In this document: positions 1-7,994 of the stretch, piece by piece
Layout: each line of letters opens with the position of its first letter
How positions within the stretch are numbered: position 1 is the stretch's first letter
Assembly: GCA_965238005.1 (NCBI GenBank)
Contig: OZ250165.1
Coordinates: 1,728,001 to 1,792,000 of the forward strand
DNA from: Longimicrobiales bacterium
Lineage (GTDB): Bacteria; Gemmatimonadota; Gemmatimonadetes; Longimicrobiales; Gaopeijiaceae
Reading direction: 5' to 3'
DNA: 64,000 nucleotides
Made by a program: the position numbers and the translations under genes
Notes under the pieces: generated by a model
The model's input: only the letters and a program-made list of their open reading frames with translations
The model's database searches: none
Told to the model about the DNA's origin: nothing

Positions 1-201
1 AAACTGCCGATCTCTGGTGCCATGGCCGACTTCAACATCGGCCCGCACGACGGGGGCACAGAGTTGACCATTCACTACAGCTACACGCCCAACCTATTAG
101 GGCGTTTCTTGAAGGGTTTCACCGACAAGCAGATGCGGAAGGGGATCGGCGGCATGGCCAAGGGTCTCCAGCGAGAGAGTGAGCGCATCGCCGCCAGCTG
201 A
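1..201 (+). CDS. 3' end of SRPBCC/polyketide cyclase-like protein (partial, starts before window)
   Basis: Frame 1 is open from base 1: KLPISGAMADFNIGPHDGGTELTIHYSY...GMAKGLQRESERIAAS*, resembling an SRPBCC C-terminus. Confidence 0.55.
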   Translation, partial: KLPISGAMADFNIGPHDGGTELTIHYSYTPNLLGRFLKGFTDKQMRKGIGGMAKGLQRESERIAAS

Positions 202-512
202 GGGCTTGCTTGAGCCTCGGTCCTCACCGGCGACTTCGCCCCCTCCTCGGGCGTGCAGGTGACAGTAGAGTACGCCGACTCCAGCGCGTGGAGGGCACAA
301 GCGACGCACCGGGGGGTGCCCGAGAAGTGCACGATCGACGGGCGTGTGCCTACTCGACGCTGGCGCGTCAAGCCTGGAGGAGGGCTAGGGCTGGGCGCCG
401 GAGTGGCCGAAGTGAGCGAGGCCCGCTGTCAGTGGACCTGGTCCCAGGCGCTGGCAGTCATTTTTACCGCGTGGCAGATCGTCTTGGCCTCACTCCCGTG
501 ACAATCGAGAAA

Positions 513-588
513 GGATAGGCAAAACAAAAGCCCTTTCACGGGTCGGGATAACGTGAGGGGGAGGACCCGACCGGTCAACATGAGGTCT
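513..588. repeat. 76-bp dispersed repeat, copy 1 (copy 2 at 55627-55702)
   Basis: Ungapped manual alignment gives 62/76 identity; core TCGGGATAACGTGAGGG is identical. Confidence 0.85.
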
Positions 589-638
589 CACGCCCGGCGT
601 TCGGGCGTCAAGCGGGCGCTGATTCGTAGGTCCCATCG

Positions 639-682
639 AGCCATCGCCCAACCTCAGCATCACCCATAGCTTGAGCACATGG
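639..682. repeat. 44-bp dispersed repeat, copy 1 (copy 2 at 59764-59807)
   Basis: AGCCATCGCCCAACCTCAGCATCACCCATAGCTTGAGCA is identical in both; 43/44 overall. Confidence 0.9.
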
Positions 683-848
683 TCCTCTCCTCCTTTGGCA
701 GCTTTGCATCACCCTCGCTGACTCGGAAGGGTCTGCCGGGGCAGGGGGGTCTCTATGTTTCTCTCTATGTTGGGCAATAACATACTTGACGCACCCAATT
801 TTCGCCTTAACTTCGGGTGCGTCAAGTGCTAGATTATAGGAGTAAGCG

Positions 849-888
849 AAAGGCCCGAAGCCGGGGTGCACTCCTGACTCCAGGCCCG
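849..888 (-). terminator. Probable intrinsic terminator of the leftward passenger transcript
   Basis: Minus strand GGCCTGGAGTCAGG-loop-CCCGGCTTCGGGCC followed by TTT; the stem pairs using G-U on this strand. Confidence 0.55.
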
Positions 889-942
889 CTCGCCGTGACC
901 GCTCAGCGGTCGAAACGGAGCAACCTTGTTGTCATGTCAACG

Positions 943-954
943 CTATGGCGGCAT
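943..954 (-). other. Mini-ORF Met-Pro-Pro-stop behind a very strong Shine-Dalgarno
   Basis: Minus strand AAGGAAGGGGGTGATCAAC-ATG CCG CCA TAG. Confidence 0.4.
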
Positions 955-991
955 GTTGATCACCCCCTTCCTTCACCGGTTGTGGGGAGAA

Positions 992-1062
992 GGTGGAGCG
1001 CCCGGAAATCGAATCCGGCGGGCCTGGGTCTAAAGTCCGGCACCGGCGAACCTGCGCGCCCC
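992..1062 (-). ncRNA. tRNA-like RNA resembling the tmRNA tRNA-like domain (Ala identity elements)
   Basis: Acceptor GGGGCGC/GCGCTCC with G3:U70, discriminator A then CC; T-arm CCGGA-TTCGATT-TCCGG; no D-stem; central hairpin with loop CTTTAGA. Confidence 0.65.
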
Positions 1063-1110
1063 CATCTTCTGGCCCCCGTGCTCGACCTCAACTACCGTCG
1101 GGTGCGGGGG

Positions 1111-1833
1111 TTATTCATTCTCGCCACCCAACATGTCCGTCATGCGGCTGAGAGCCTCAAACCACTTGGTTTGAACCTCCGGAGTCCATTCGGGATTGAA
1201 CTCGGGGAGCTTCCCGAGGAGCTTGTCGGCCACGACCTGGATGATCGCAGGGTCGGGCGGGTGTTGTTCCTCACTCTCGCTGCGACCCTTGCCACCATGG
1301 CCGTTGGTCGAAGCTTGTCCGGTCTTGCTGCCATCCTCCCCGTTGTTGTTCTTCGCCCTCGGCTTCCGCGGCACCGAGGGGGGCGTGAAGTGGGGCGAAT
1401 ACGCAAGGCCCGCCGACTTGAGGGCGTGAAGATAGAACCGCACGGCCTTGCTGAGGGTCTCGCCCGTCACGTTGTATTCCCTGAATCGGGCAGAGAGTTG
1501 TTTGCCGGTTCCCGAAGTGAGATTGAGATCGCCGACGAGATCCGCGTAGGCATCCCCAATGACCTCGCCCAGTGTGTCCTTCCACTGGGGTGTCCCGTGA
1601 GCGCCTACAAGGGCCTCCATCACATCGGTGGTGCTATCACTCTCGGTCACAAGTCCGAGCCACCGGAATGTTGTTCGCAACTGGCTGCGGACAGGACCGG
1701 ACAGTCCCTTCATGACGCTGGAGTCCATATCCGGAGGAATAGCTGTTTCTTTGAGTTTTCCAAGGAAGGAGTAGAAGGCATTCCACGAAACGTAGGCTGG
1801 TTTCTTGGTGCCGTTGTCGTTGTCTGCGGCCAT
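1111..1833 (-). CDS. IS passenger protein, DUF5343-like
   Basis: 240 aa; PAYVSWNAFYSFLGKLKETAIPPDMD...SQLRTTFRWLGLV resembles DUF5343 as recalled; SD GAGGTG upstream. Confidence 0.65.
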   Translation of the reverse strand: MAADNDNGTKKPAYVSWNAFYSFLGKLKETAIPPDMDSSVMKGLSGPVRSQLRTTFRWLGLVTESDSTTDVMEALVGAHGTPQWKDTLGEVIGDAYADLVGDLNLTSGTGKQLSARFREYNVTGETLSKAVRFYLHALKSAGLAYSPHFTPPSVPRKPRAKNNNGEDGSKTGQASTNGHGGKGRSESEEQHPPDPAIIQVVADKLLGKLPEFNPEWTPEVQTKWFEALSRMTDMLGGENE

Positions 1834-1871
1834 TGTCGCTCACCTCTCATCTGGAACACAGGAGATATAAG

Positions 1872-2144
1872 ATGATATCCACGGAGATTGGCGCAGTCAA
1901 TACCGACGCGGTAATTCTGGTTTACGGATACGGCGGTCGGCCGACAAGAATGCAAGCGGTCGGCATTGAGGACGGGGTGCTGATTGTGCGAAGCCATGAA
2001 ACAGGTACTACAACTGGCTTTCCGGGGAAGTACGTCTACGTGTTCGAGCAGGGCCTGTATGAGAGAATTACCGAAGCGCACCGGAAGGGACGCACAGAAA
2101 TACTGAGCGCGTTATGGGCAGAGGCAGAACCATACAGTGCGTAA
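1872..2144 (+). CDS. Hypothetical IS passenger protein
   Basis: ORF with GGAG upstream of the ATG, divergent from the DUF5343-like gene. Confidence 0.5.
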   Translation: MISTEIGAVNTDAVILVYGYGGRPTRMQAVGIEDGVLIVRSHETGTTTGFPGKYVYVFEQGLYERITEAHRKGRTEILSALWAEAEPYSA

Positions 2145-2153
2145 CGCGCGTGT

Positions 2154-2330
2154 TTACGTAGCGTTTGGTGGGCTCTCAGTGACCCGATGCTTAGGCACCT
2201 TGAGTAGTTGCCGCATGGCCTTGGTTAGACGGGCCAACCCCGAACGGCCCTCAACGATCTGTTCGGGGCTTGGGTCCACGTCTGAGGTAGGGGGCGGACC
2301 TGTCTTCGTCTCGCTCTTCTTGTCCGTCAT
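2154..2330 (-). CDS. 58-aa small ORF translationally coupled to the IS1595 transposase
   Basis: ATGA overlap with the transposase stop; MTDKKSETK...LARLTKAMRQLLKVPK... Confidence 0.55.
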   Translation of the reverse strand: MTDKKSETKTGPPPTSDVDPSPEQIVEGRSGLARLTKAMRQLLKVPKHRVTESPPNAT

Positions 2331-3286
2331 AGGTTGGCTCCGGTCAACTCGGCATAGGTCAGGCGCTTCCCGATGACGGAAGTGATCGCCCGTACGAAGC
2401 GGCCCCGGTCGTTGTCGCCCCGGTTGTTGAATCTGAACGCCTGTTCATCGAGGTAGCGGAAGACATGGAACGGTTCGATGCTCACGTAGGTCCCGTGGAT
2501 CGCACGCTTCACCAAGGACCAGAAGTTCTCTATCCCGTTGGTGTGGACGCGGCCCCGAACGTACTCCATGGCGTGGTCAACGATGTCATGGATGTAGTCG
2601 GACTTGAGCCCGTAGTATCCCCAATGGCGGTCGGTGTAGAGATTGGCCCCAAGCTCGACGTTGTCGCGGACATGGCCCTGCATGGTGCGCTGAGTAACGT
2701 CCTTGAGGACGTGAGTGCGGACCAGGGAGTGCGGGGCGTTACGGGGCCGCTCCAACAGGCCCAAGACGGCGGTTTTGTCATGTCCGCCGGTTCCCTTGAT
2801 GATCCGTTTACGGCGGGCGATGTGCATGTTCTTGGCTTTGCCGCCGATGTACGTCTCATCGGCTTCGACTTCTCCGTCCATCTTACCGAAGAAGCCGTCC
2901 TTGTCCTGCAAGGCGAGCCGGATACGGTGGAGCATGAACCAGGCGGTCTTTTGGGTCACGCCGAGATCGCGGGCCAATTCGTAGGAGCTGATCCCGTTCT
3001 TGCAGTTCACCAGCATCCACACGGCAGGCAGCCACAAGGACAACTTGATCGGGGAGTCCTCGAAGATCGTACCGACTTTGATCGAGAACTGCTTGCGGCA
3101 GTCCCGGCACTTCCAGACCCGGCGGGACTTGAGGAAATAGTGTTCTCCAACGCTCCCACACTTCGGGCAGGCTTGCTCCCCGGAGGGCCAGCGAAGGTTG
3201 GCGACGAAAGCCAGTGCAACGTCCTCGTCTGCGAAGTACTGGATGGCTTCAAGCAGAGTCTCGGGAGCATCGTGTTGAGTGTTCAT
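2327..3286 (-). CDS. IS1595-family transposase
   Basis: N-terminal Zn ribbon CPKC...CRDC; EADETYIGG, YTD, HTNGIENFWS, YLDEQAFRFNNR motifs. Confidence 0.95.
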   Translation of the reverse strand: MNTQHDAPETLLEAIQYFADEDVALAFVANLRWPSGEQACPKCGSVGEHYFLKSRRVWKCRDCRKQFSIKVGTIFEDSPIKLSLWLPAVWMLVNCKNGISSYELARDLGVTQKTAWFMLHRIRLALQDKDGFFGKMDGEVEADETYIGGKAKNMHIARRKRIIKGTGGHDKTAVLGLLERPRNAPHSLVRTHVLKDVTQRTMQGHVRDNVELGANLYTDRHWGYYGLKSDYIHDIVDHAMEYVRGRVHTNGIENFWSLVKRAIHGTYVSIEPFHVFRYLDEQAFRFNNRGDNDRGRFVRAITSVIGKRLTYAELTGANL

Positions 3287-3445
3287 AAGGTAGAATATAC
3301 ACCCAAATCATGGGTGTGTCAAGTATGTTATTGCCCTATGTTGGGATGCATCAAGATGGTGAAAACCAGGGACACACTTACCGCAGAATAGCGAAAATCT
3401 CCCCAGAAATACGCGAAATCAGCGAAAATGGGGGTCCTCGAGGTA

Positions 3446-3490
3446 TGCTCTGGGAGCAGGAGGTCCCCGGTTCGAATCCGGGCGCCCCGA
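3446..3490 (+). other. 3' half of tRNA-Pro (att-site-like fragment)
   Basis: TGGGAGCAGGAGGTCCCCGGTTCGAATCCGGGCGCCCCGA contains a T-arm and a Pro-type acceptor 3' strand; the 5' half is absent. Confidence 0.8.
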
Positions 3491-3714
3491 CTTGTGTAAC
3501 TAGTTGTCACGATTAGCGTTACAGGAGACCGCTCCAGGAGATTCTCGGAAGGGGTCTCTATGTTTCTCTACATGCTGAGCGGCGATTCGGCAGGAGATTC
3601 CGCTTGGAGGGGCTATCAGCAGAAGATCGGGCGATGGGCAATCCCCATACCTCTTGCATTGGGGAGGCTGAGTCTAAGCGAGAGAGGACCACCCGTACGC
3701 CTGGCTCCTGTCCC

Positions 3715-5010
3715 TCAGGACACCTCCTTGGAGCAGTCCATCGCCTCCGTAGCCGGCCCTGAATCGGACGCCGTCGGGTCTTCCACGAGTCCCATGAAGA
3801 GAATCGTGCCGGAGAATCGCTCCCGGATGGCGAAGACGAAGGGGCGGTCGGCGACGATCGCGGTGAACGAGACGGGCCCGACCCCCACGGCGGTTACTGC
3901 CGCAGCCCGCGTACCCTCCTCGTCCACCTCGATGAAGGTCTTCTGACGGACGAAGTCGATGCAGAACTGGCTCCCTACGGGGGACATCCCCGTGAAGTCG
4001 GCCCCGGGGTGGAACGCGATGTCCATCCCCATGTCCTTCAGTGGCTCGTTCAGGAGGGCGTCGTACGAGAGTGTCAGCTTCGGTATGGACAACAGGTCCA
4101 AACCACCGGGCGTGAGTGCTCCCAGGATCGATTCCCACTGCGTCTCGTCCAGGGCTGCCAGGAAGCTCCGGGCGTCGGCGGGGGGTTGAGGTACCACCAC
4201 GACCATCGAGTAGGCACCACCGCCGTAGGGGAGCTCGACGACTGAGAAGTCCCCGGTCCTGACGAGGGGTAGCGTCTCGTCGACGAGAGACATCATCTCT
4301 ACGCTCACCACCGAGCCATCGGCTCGCTTGAAATCCCCGGGCCGCGTCTTGTCCGGATCGAAGCGCGTCGTCCAGGCACCGTCGAAGTAGATGGCGTTGA
4401 GGAGGAGCATGACGAGTTGCGGGTTGAGCTGATCCAGAATCCGGCTGATCCGGCCGTTGGTCTTCTCGTTCACCCAGCCGTTGATCTCTCCAAGGGTCGA
4501 GGCGGCTCCGAAGTCCCTTGTCTCCACGCGGGCGTCGAACGCTGCGGTCACGGACTGGAAGAAGGAGTCGTGGAAAGGCACGTCCGCGTTCGCCCACACC
4601 GAGTTCGCGATCGTGAACTCCACCTGGGGATCCAACTCCACCAGCAGGTCGATGAGGCTACGGTAGGAGTCGTTGATCTCCTCCAGTGAGAGCCCACCGA
4701 AGCCGAGCGTCGACCGCATCGCCTCGAGGGTCTCGCCGGCGGCGCCGTTCATCGTCATCCCGAGTGCCATGGATGCGCTTAAGGGCGAGAGTACGATGTT
4801 CGGTCGATCGTCCCTCTCGACCACCTCCCGGGCCAACTCCAGCCCGAAGGCGTTGGATCTGGCGATCAGGGAGACCTCGGTGGTGGTCAGAGCTCGGGGC
4901 AACTCGAGGATGGGGTCGTCCTCGCCGGGCCCAGTGGAGTCGCTGCAGCCGCCTGCGTGGAGGAGGAAAACGACGACGAGGGCTTCAACGGGCCTACGGT
5001 GGAGGAACAT
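3715..5010 (-). CDS. Serpin (serine protease inhibitor) with lipoprotein-like signal
   Basis: NIVLSPLS, NAIYFDGAW, hinge EEGTRAAAVTAV, ADRPFVFAI; lipobox-like AGGC; start chosen at the internal ATG. Confidence 0.93.
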   Translation of the reverse strand: MFLHRRPVEALVVVFLLHAGGCSDSTGPGEDDPILELPRALTTTEVSLIARSNAFGLELAREVVERDDRPNIVLSPLSASMALGMTMNGAAGETLEAMRSTLGFGGLSLEEINDSYRSLIDLLVELDPQVEFTIANSVWANADVPFHDSFFQSVTAAFDARVETRDFGAASTLGEINGWVNEKTNGRISRILDQLNPQLVMLLLNAIYFDGAWTTRFDPDKTRPGDFKRADGSVVSVEMMSLVDETLPLVRTGDFSVVELPYGGGAYSMVVVVPQPPADARSFLAALDETQWESILGALTPGGLDLLSIPKLTLSYDALLNEPLKDMGMDIAFHPGADFTGMSPVGSQFCIDFVRQKTFIEVDEEGTRAAAVTAVGVGPVSFTAIVADRPFVFAIRERFSGTILFMGLVEDPTASDSGPATEAMDCSKEVS

Positions 5011-5545
5011 GGGCTGCGTCTCGGCGAGGAAAGGCCGCGGAACGTCTCTAAAGGATAACGAAGCAGAGGGCCGCTCTGTGACAAGGAGCCGCCACCGGGG
5101 CATCTTCAATTTGGTGCGGCTGGGGCGACTCTACGACAGAGCCAGCCAGCATCAAAAGGAATCCCTCAGGCACCGGTGGCCGCACTCCAGGCCTCGCGGG
5201 AGCGGGCACGCAAGAGTATACGCCAGTGGATCGGCGGGGTGTATCAACAACTCGGTAGTTCAGTTTGTGCGCCGCTTGCTCGCAGCCAGCAAGGCACAGA
5301 ACGACAGCGGGCATCAATCCTCGCACTCACCGCAGCATCTTGGGCAACACGCCATTCCCCATACCTCGTGCATTGGGCGGGCTGAGTCCACGTTGCTCTA
5401 GGTGGACGGGAGGTAATTGCTGACGTCGCGGTAGACATCTGGCTCGCGCGCTTCGCCCGCCGGTCGGCATCTTGGTCGCACGCATCACGGCCCAACTGAT
5501 CGACGCTGTTGCCGACACATGCTGCACCAACGCCCCCCCGAGCCG

Positions 5546-5710
5546 TCAGCTCTTCTTGGAGGTCTTCACGTTCACGGCTGTGAAAACCCGCTCGACCTTC
5601 TTGCTCTTGCACTCCGGGCACTTCGGCTTCGCCGCCTCGTGCGCGGACAGGGACTCGATGACTGTGAAGTCGTGGTCGCACGCCTCGCAGTGGTATTCGT
5701 AGATCGGCAC
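5546..5710 (-). CDS. FmdB-family zinc ribbon protein
   Basis: GTG start with GGAGGAG SD; PIYEYHCEAC...CPECKS. Confidence 0.85.
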   Translation of the reverse strand: MPIYEYHCEACDHDFTVIESLSAHEAAKPKCPECKSKKVERVFTAVNVKTSKKS

Positions 5711-6577
5711 TGTGGGCTCTCCTCCCATCGAGGGCTGTGAGTCGGATCGACCCTCCTCGGGACATTTCGTCGCGCTAGTGCGTCCCCGTGGACGAGCCCC
5801 GACGGGCGTCCGAGTAATCACGTACATGATGTTCTCGTCGCGCCACGTGACGGTTTCCGGGTCCTCGTAACCGGCTTCCAAGTTGCGGGAGAATCGGTCC
5901 AGCGCGGCCTCAAACTCGAGGTCGCCGTACAGGCTGAAAGTGGAGTAGTGGCGTGTGCGCGCCAGATCGACCAGGCGATCGGGTCTTTCCGCGCGGTCGT
6001 ACCGGAACATTTTGAGGTTTGTCAGCTCCATCCCTCTCGTCCTAGAAACAACGCTGGCTACGTGGTCAACCGTGTACAGTCGCGTTTCTTTTTCTGAGAA
6101 CGACAGAAAATGGACACCCCAGACACTCCCAGCGTTCTGCGCGCGGGTCCGCGTGTACATGAACAGCCTGCCACCGGGTTTCAGGGTGCGGTGCGCGTTG
6201 GTGAAGAAGCCGAGAAGATTGAAGTGGTGACAGGCGTTGAAGCTAAAGATGCAATCCAGGCTGTCGGCATCGAATGGGAGGTCGTCGGCGTCCGCGTCGT
6301 GTGTCTCGAAATTCTCGAAGCCGAGGTCCGCGAGATAGGTGTCCAGTTCACCGAGCATCGCGGGGGTGACGTCTACGCAGTGCAGGAACAGCTTTTGTCC
6401 CAGAAGACGGAGCAGAACTTCGTCGTACCGGCCCGCACCGCATCCGACGTCAGCAGCGACGATGTCGAGCGTCGAACCCAGCTGATCGATGATAAACCGT
6501 ATCGGTTCGAGATCGGTGGTCCTGGCGGCACGGTACTCGCGCGCAATCTGAGAGAAGTGCTCATGCACCTGGGTCAT
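5546..6577 (-). CDS. Class I SAM-dependent methyltransferase, reading in frame into the FmdB zinc ribbon
   Basis: ADVGCGAG motif I, LPFDADSLD, LKPGG; no stop before the zinc ribbon. Confidence 0.8.
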   Translation of the reverse strand: MTQVHEHFSQIAREYRAARTTDLEPIRFIIDQLGSTLDIVAADVGCGAGRYDEVLLRLLGQKLFLHCVDVTPAMLGELDTYLADLGFENFETHDADADDLPFDADSLDCIFSFNACHHFNLLGFFTNAHRTLKPGGRLFMYTRTRAQNAGSVWGVHFLSFSEKETRLYTVDHVASVVSRTRGMELTNLKMFRYDRAERPDRLVDLARTRHYSTFSLYGDLEFEAALDRFSRNLEAGYEDPETVTWRDENIMYVITRTPVGARPRGRTSATKCPEEGRSDSQPSMGGEPTVPIYEYHCEACDHDFTVIESLSAHEAAKPKCPECKSKKVERVFTAVNVKTSKKS

Positions 6578-7049
6578 TCACGGCCTCCCCCGCTCCACGT
6601 CAGCAATCGCGCCTGACCACGGGTCCACCTTGCACTGACCGCATATCGGGATCGCGCGCAACGACCCCGGGGTCCGGCCAATGTTACGGAGGGTGAATCT
6701 TCCCCGGAGCGTTGCTGCATGGCTCGGGGTTGAGGTCGGAGTTCCCCCTAATCCCCGGTCATAAGGATCACTTCAGTCGGTAGCTGTCGGGCCTTTAGAG
6801 ACGGGTCATCGTGTTGAGAATCCTGTACCCGAGCTGCACCTCCATCGGTTGCCCTTTCAGAGTGCGACTCCTCATGCCTTGGAGTTGCCCCGGCGATCTC
6901 AACCGGTCATCGCAAGGGAGGTTCTGGGGTGTCTCGGCCCGCTCAAGGAGGGTGCCGGACTCGTAACAGGACCTCTTAGGTCCTTGTCCCTGTGCCGGCT
7001 CCTCGACGCGGGGCCTGGTCGGCCTTCTTCACGTACGCGTTCTGGTCGT

Positions 7050-7240
7050 GCTTCAGTGCCCCCTCGGGCAGACTCCCAGAACGGTCCGAGCTCGCGCCGG
7101 ACGCGGTTCACGTAGAAAGGCGGAATCTCGTCGGTCTCGCCCTCGAAGAAGTCTCTCACGTGGCGATCCTCCCCCAACATGCGGCGGATCGTCTTGTGAT
7201 ACTTGATGCGGCCGTAGCCCTCCGATCCGCTAGTGACGTG
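7050..7240 (-). pseudogene. Gene fragment, possibly the C-terminus of a radical SAM protein
   Basis: SEGYGRIKYHKTIRRMLGEDRHVRDFFEGETDEIPPFYVNRVRRELGPFW; family recalled from memory only. Confidence 0.3.
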
Positions 7241-7582
7241 GCGCGGGAGGTCATATAGTAGAAGCGCCCACGTTCTATAGCGCGCCGCGGAGGGGACAGG
7301 AGGTGCCTCGTGGCTCGTGAGGAAGTATCGGAAGCGCGGTTGCTAGCGATCCTGAACGAGAAACTCGCGGAGAGCGACCGCTGTTAAGGACTGCACCTTC
7401 CCCGGTCCGATCCATCGGCTCAAGGAGCCGAACGAGGACGGCTGCAACTGGGACCAGCTCCCCATCCTGAGCTGCGAAGGCCGAAGCACCTACCGCTGTG
7501 CCGCGTGGGCGCTGCGGGTCGTTCAGGAAGCGAGCAAGCAGTACAACCTCGCCTGGACTGGGAGTACCGCTAGGTTACGGTC

Positions 7583-7786
7583 ATGGACTTGACGCCTGAT
7601 GAGCAACCCGTCGTCCGTCGTGCTGTGGCGGCCTACCTCGCAGCGAAGAAGAAGCACAAGGGCCAGTTCAGAGGCACTACCGCTTCCGAGATTCTCGAAG
7701 AATTGAAGCCGTCTCCCGTCCGCTGGGCTGAACTCGCCGCGTTCGTGATCCGAACGGCAGAAGGGCCCAAACGAAGGAATCGATAA
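7583..7786 (+). CDS. Small hypothetical protein
   Basis: 67-aa ATG ORF with protein-like composition. Confidence 0.35.
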   Translation: MDLTPDEQPVVRRAVAAYLAAKKKHKGQFRGTTASEILEELKPSPVRWAELAAFVIRTAEGPKRRNR

Positions 7787-7994
7787 CGTCGCGTGCCAGC
7801 TCGCGTGCGGTCCACATCTTGATCGCGCAGTAGCATCGCGAGACGTTCTATGAAAGAGAGTGTCAAGAGCGGGCTCCGCCCCGGCTGGATGCGAAGCCGT
7901 GTTGGGCTTGGCACTCAGCCCCTTGGTTGGATTAGCCGGATCGTCATTGATCGTTATCGTCCGAGACAACCATCGTTCGAAGGAGGCCAAAGAG

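Larger units (their letters stand above)
773..3335 (-). mobile_element. IS1595-family element carrying passenger genes
   Basis: Terminal IRs GGCAATAACATACTTGAC(G/A)CACCCA at both ends; 8-bp target duplication CTATGTTG at 765-772 and 3336-3343; IS1595 transposase inside. Confidence 0.93.

Noticed and set aside
817..1875. 352-aa plus-strand ORF
   Set aside because: Antisense shadow of the DUF5343-like gene and the structured RNA region, with no motifs
3420..3490. Functional tRNA-Pro gene
   Set aside because: The 5' acceptor strand and D-arm are absent; only the 3' half is present
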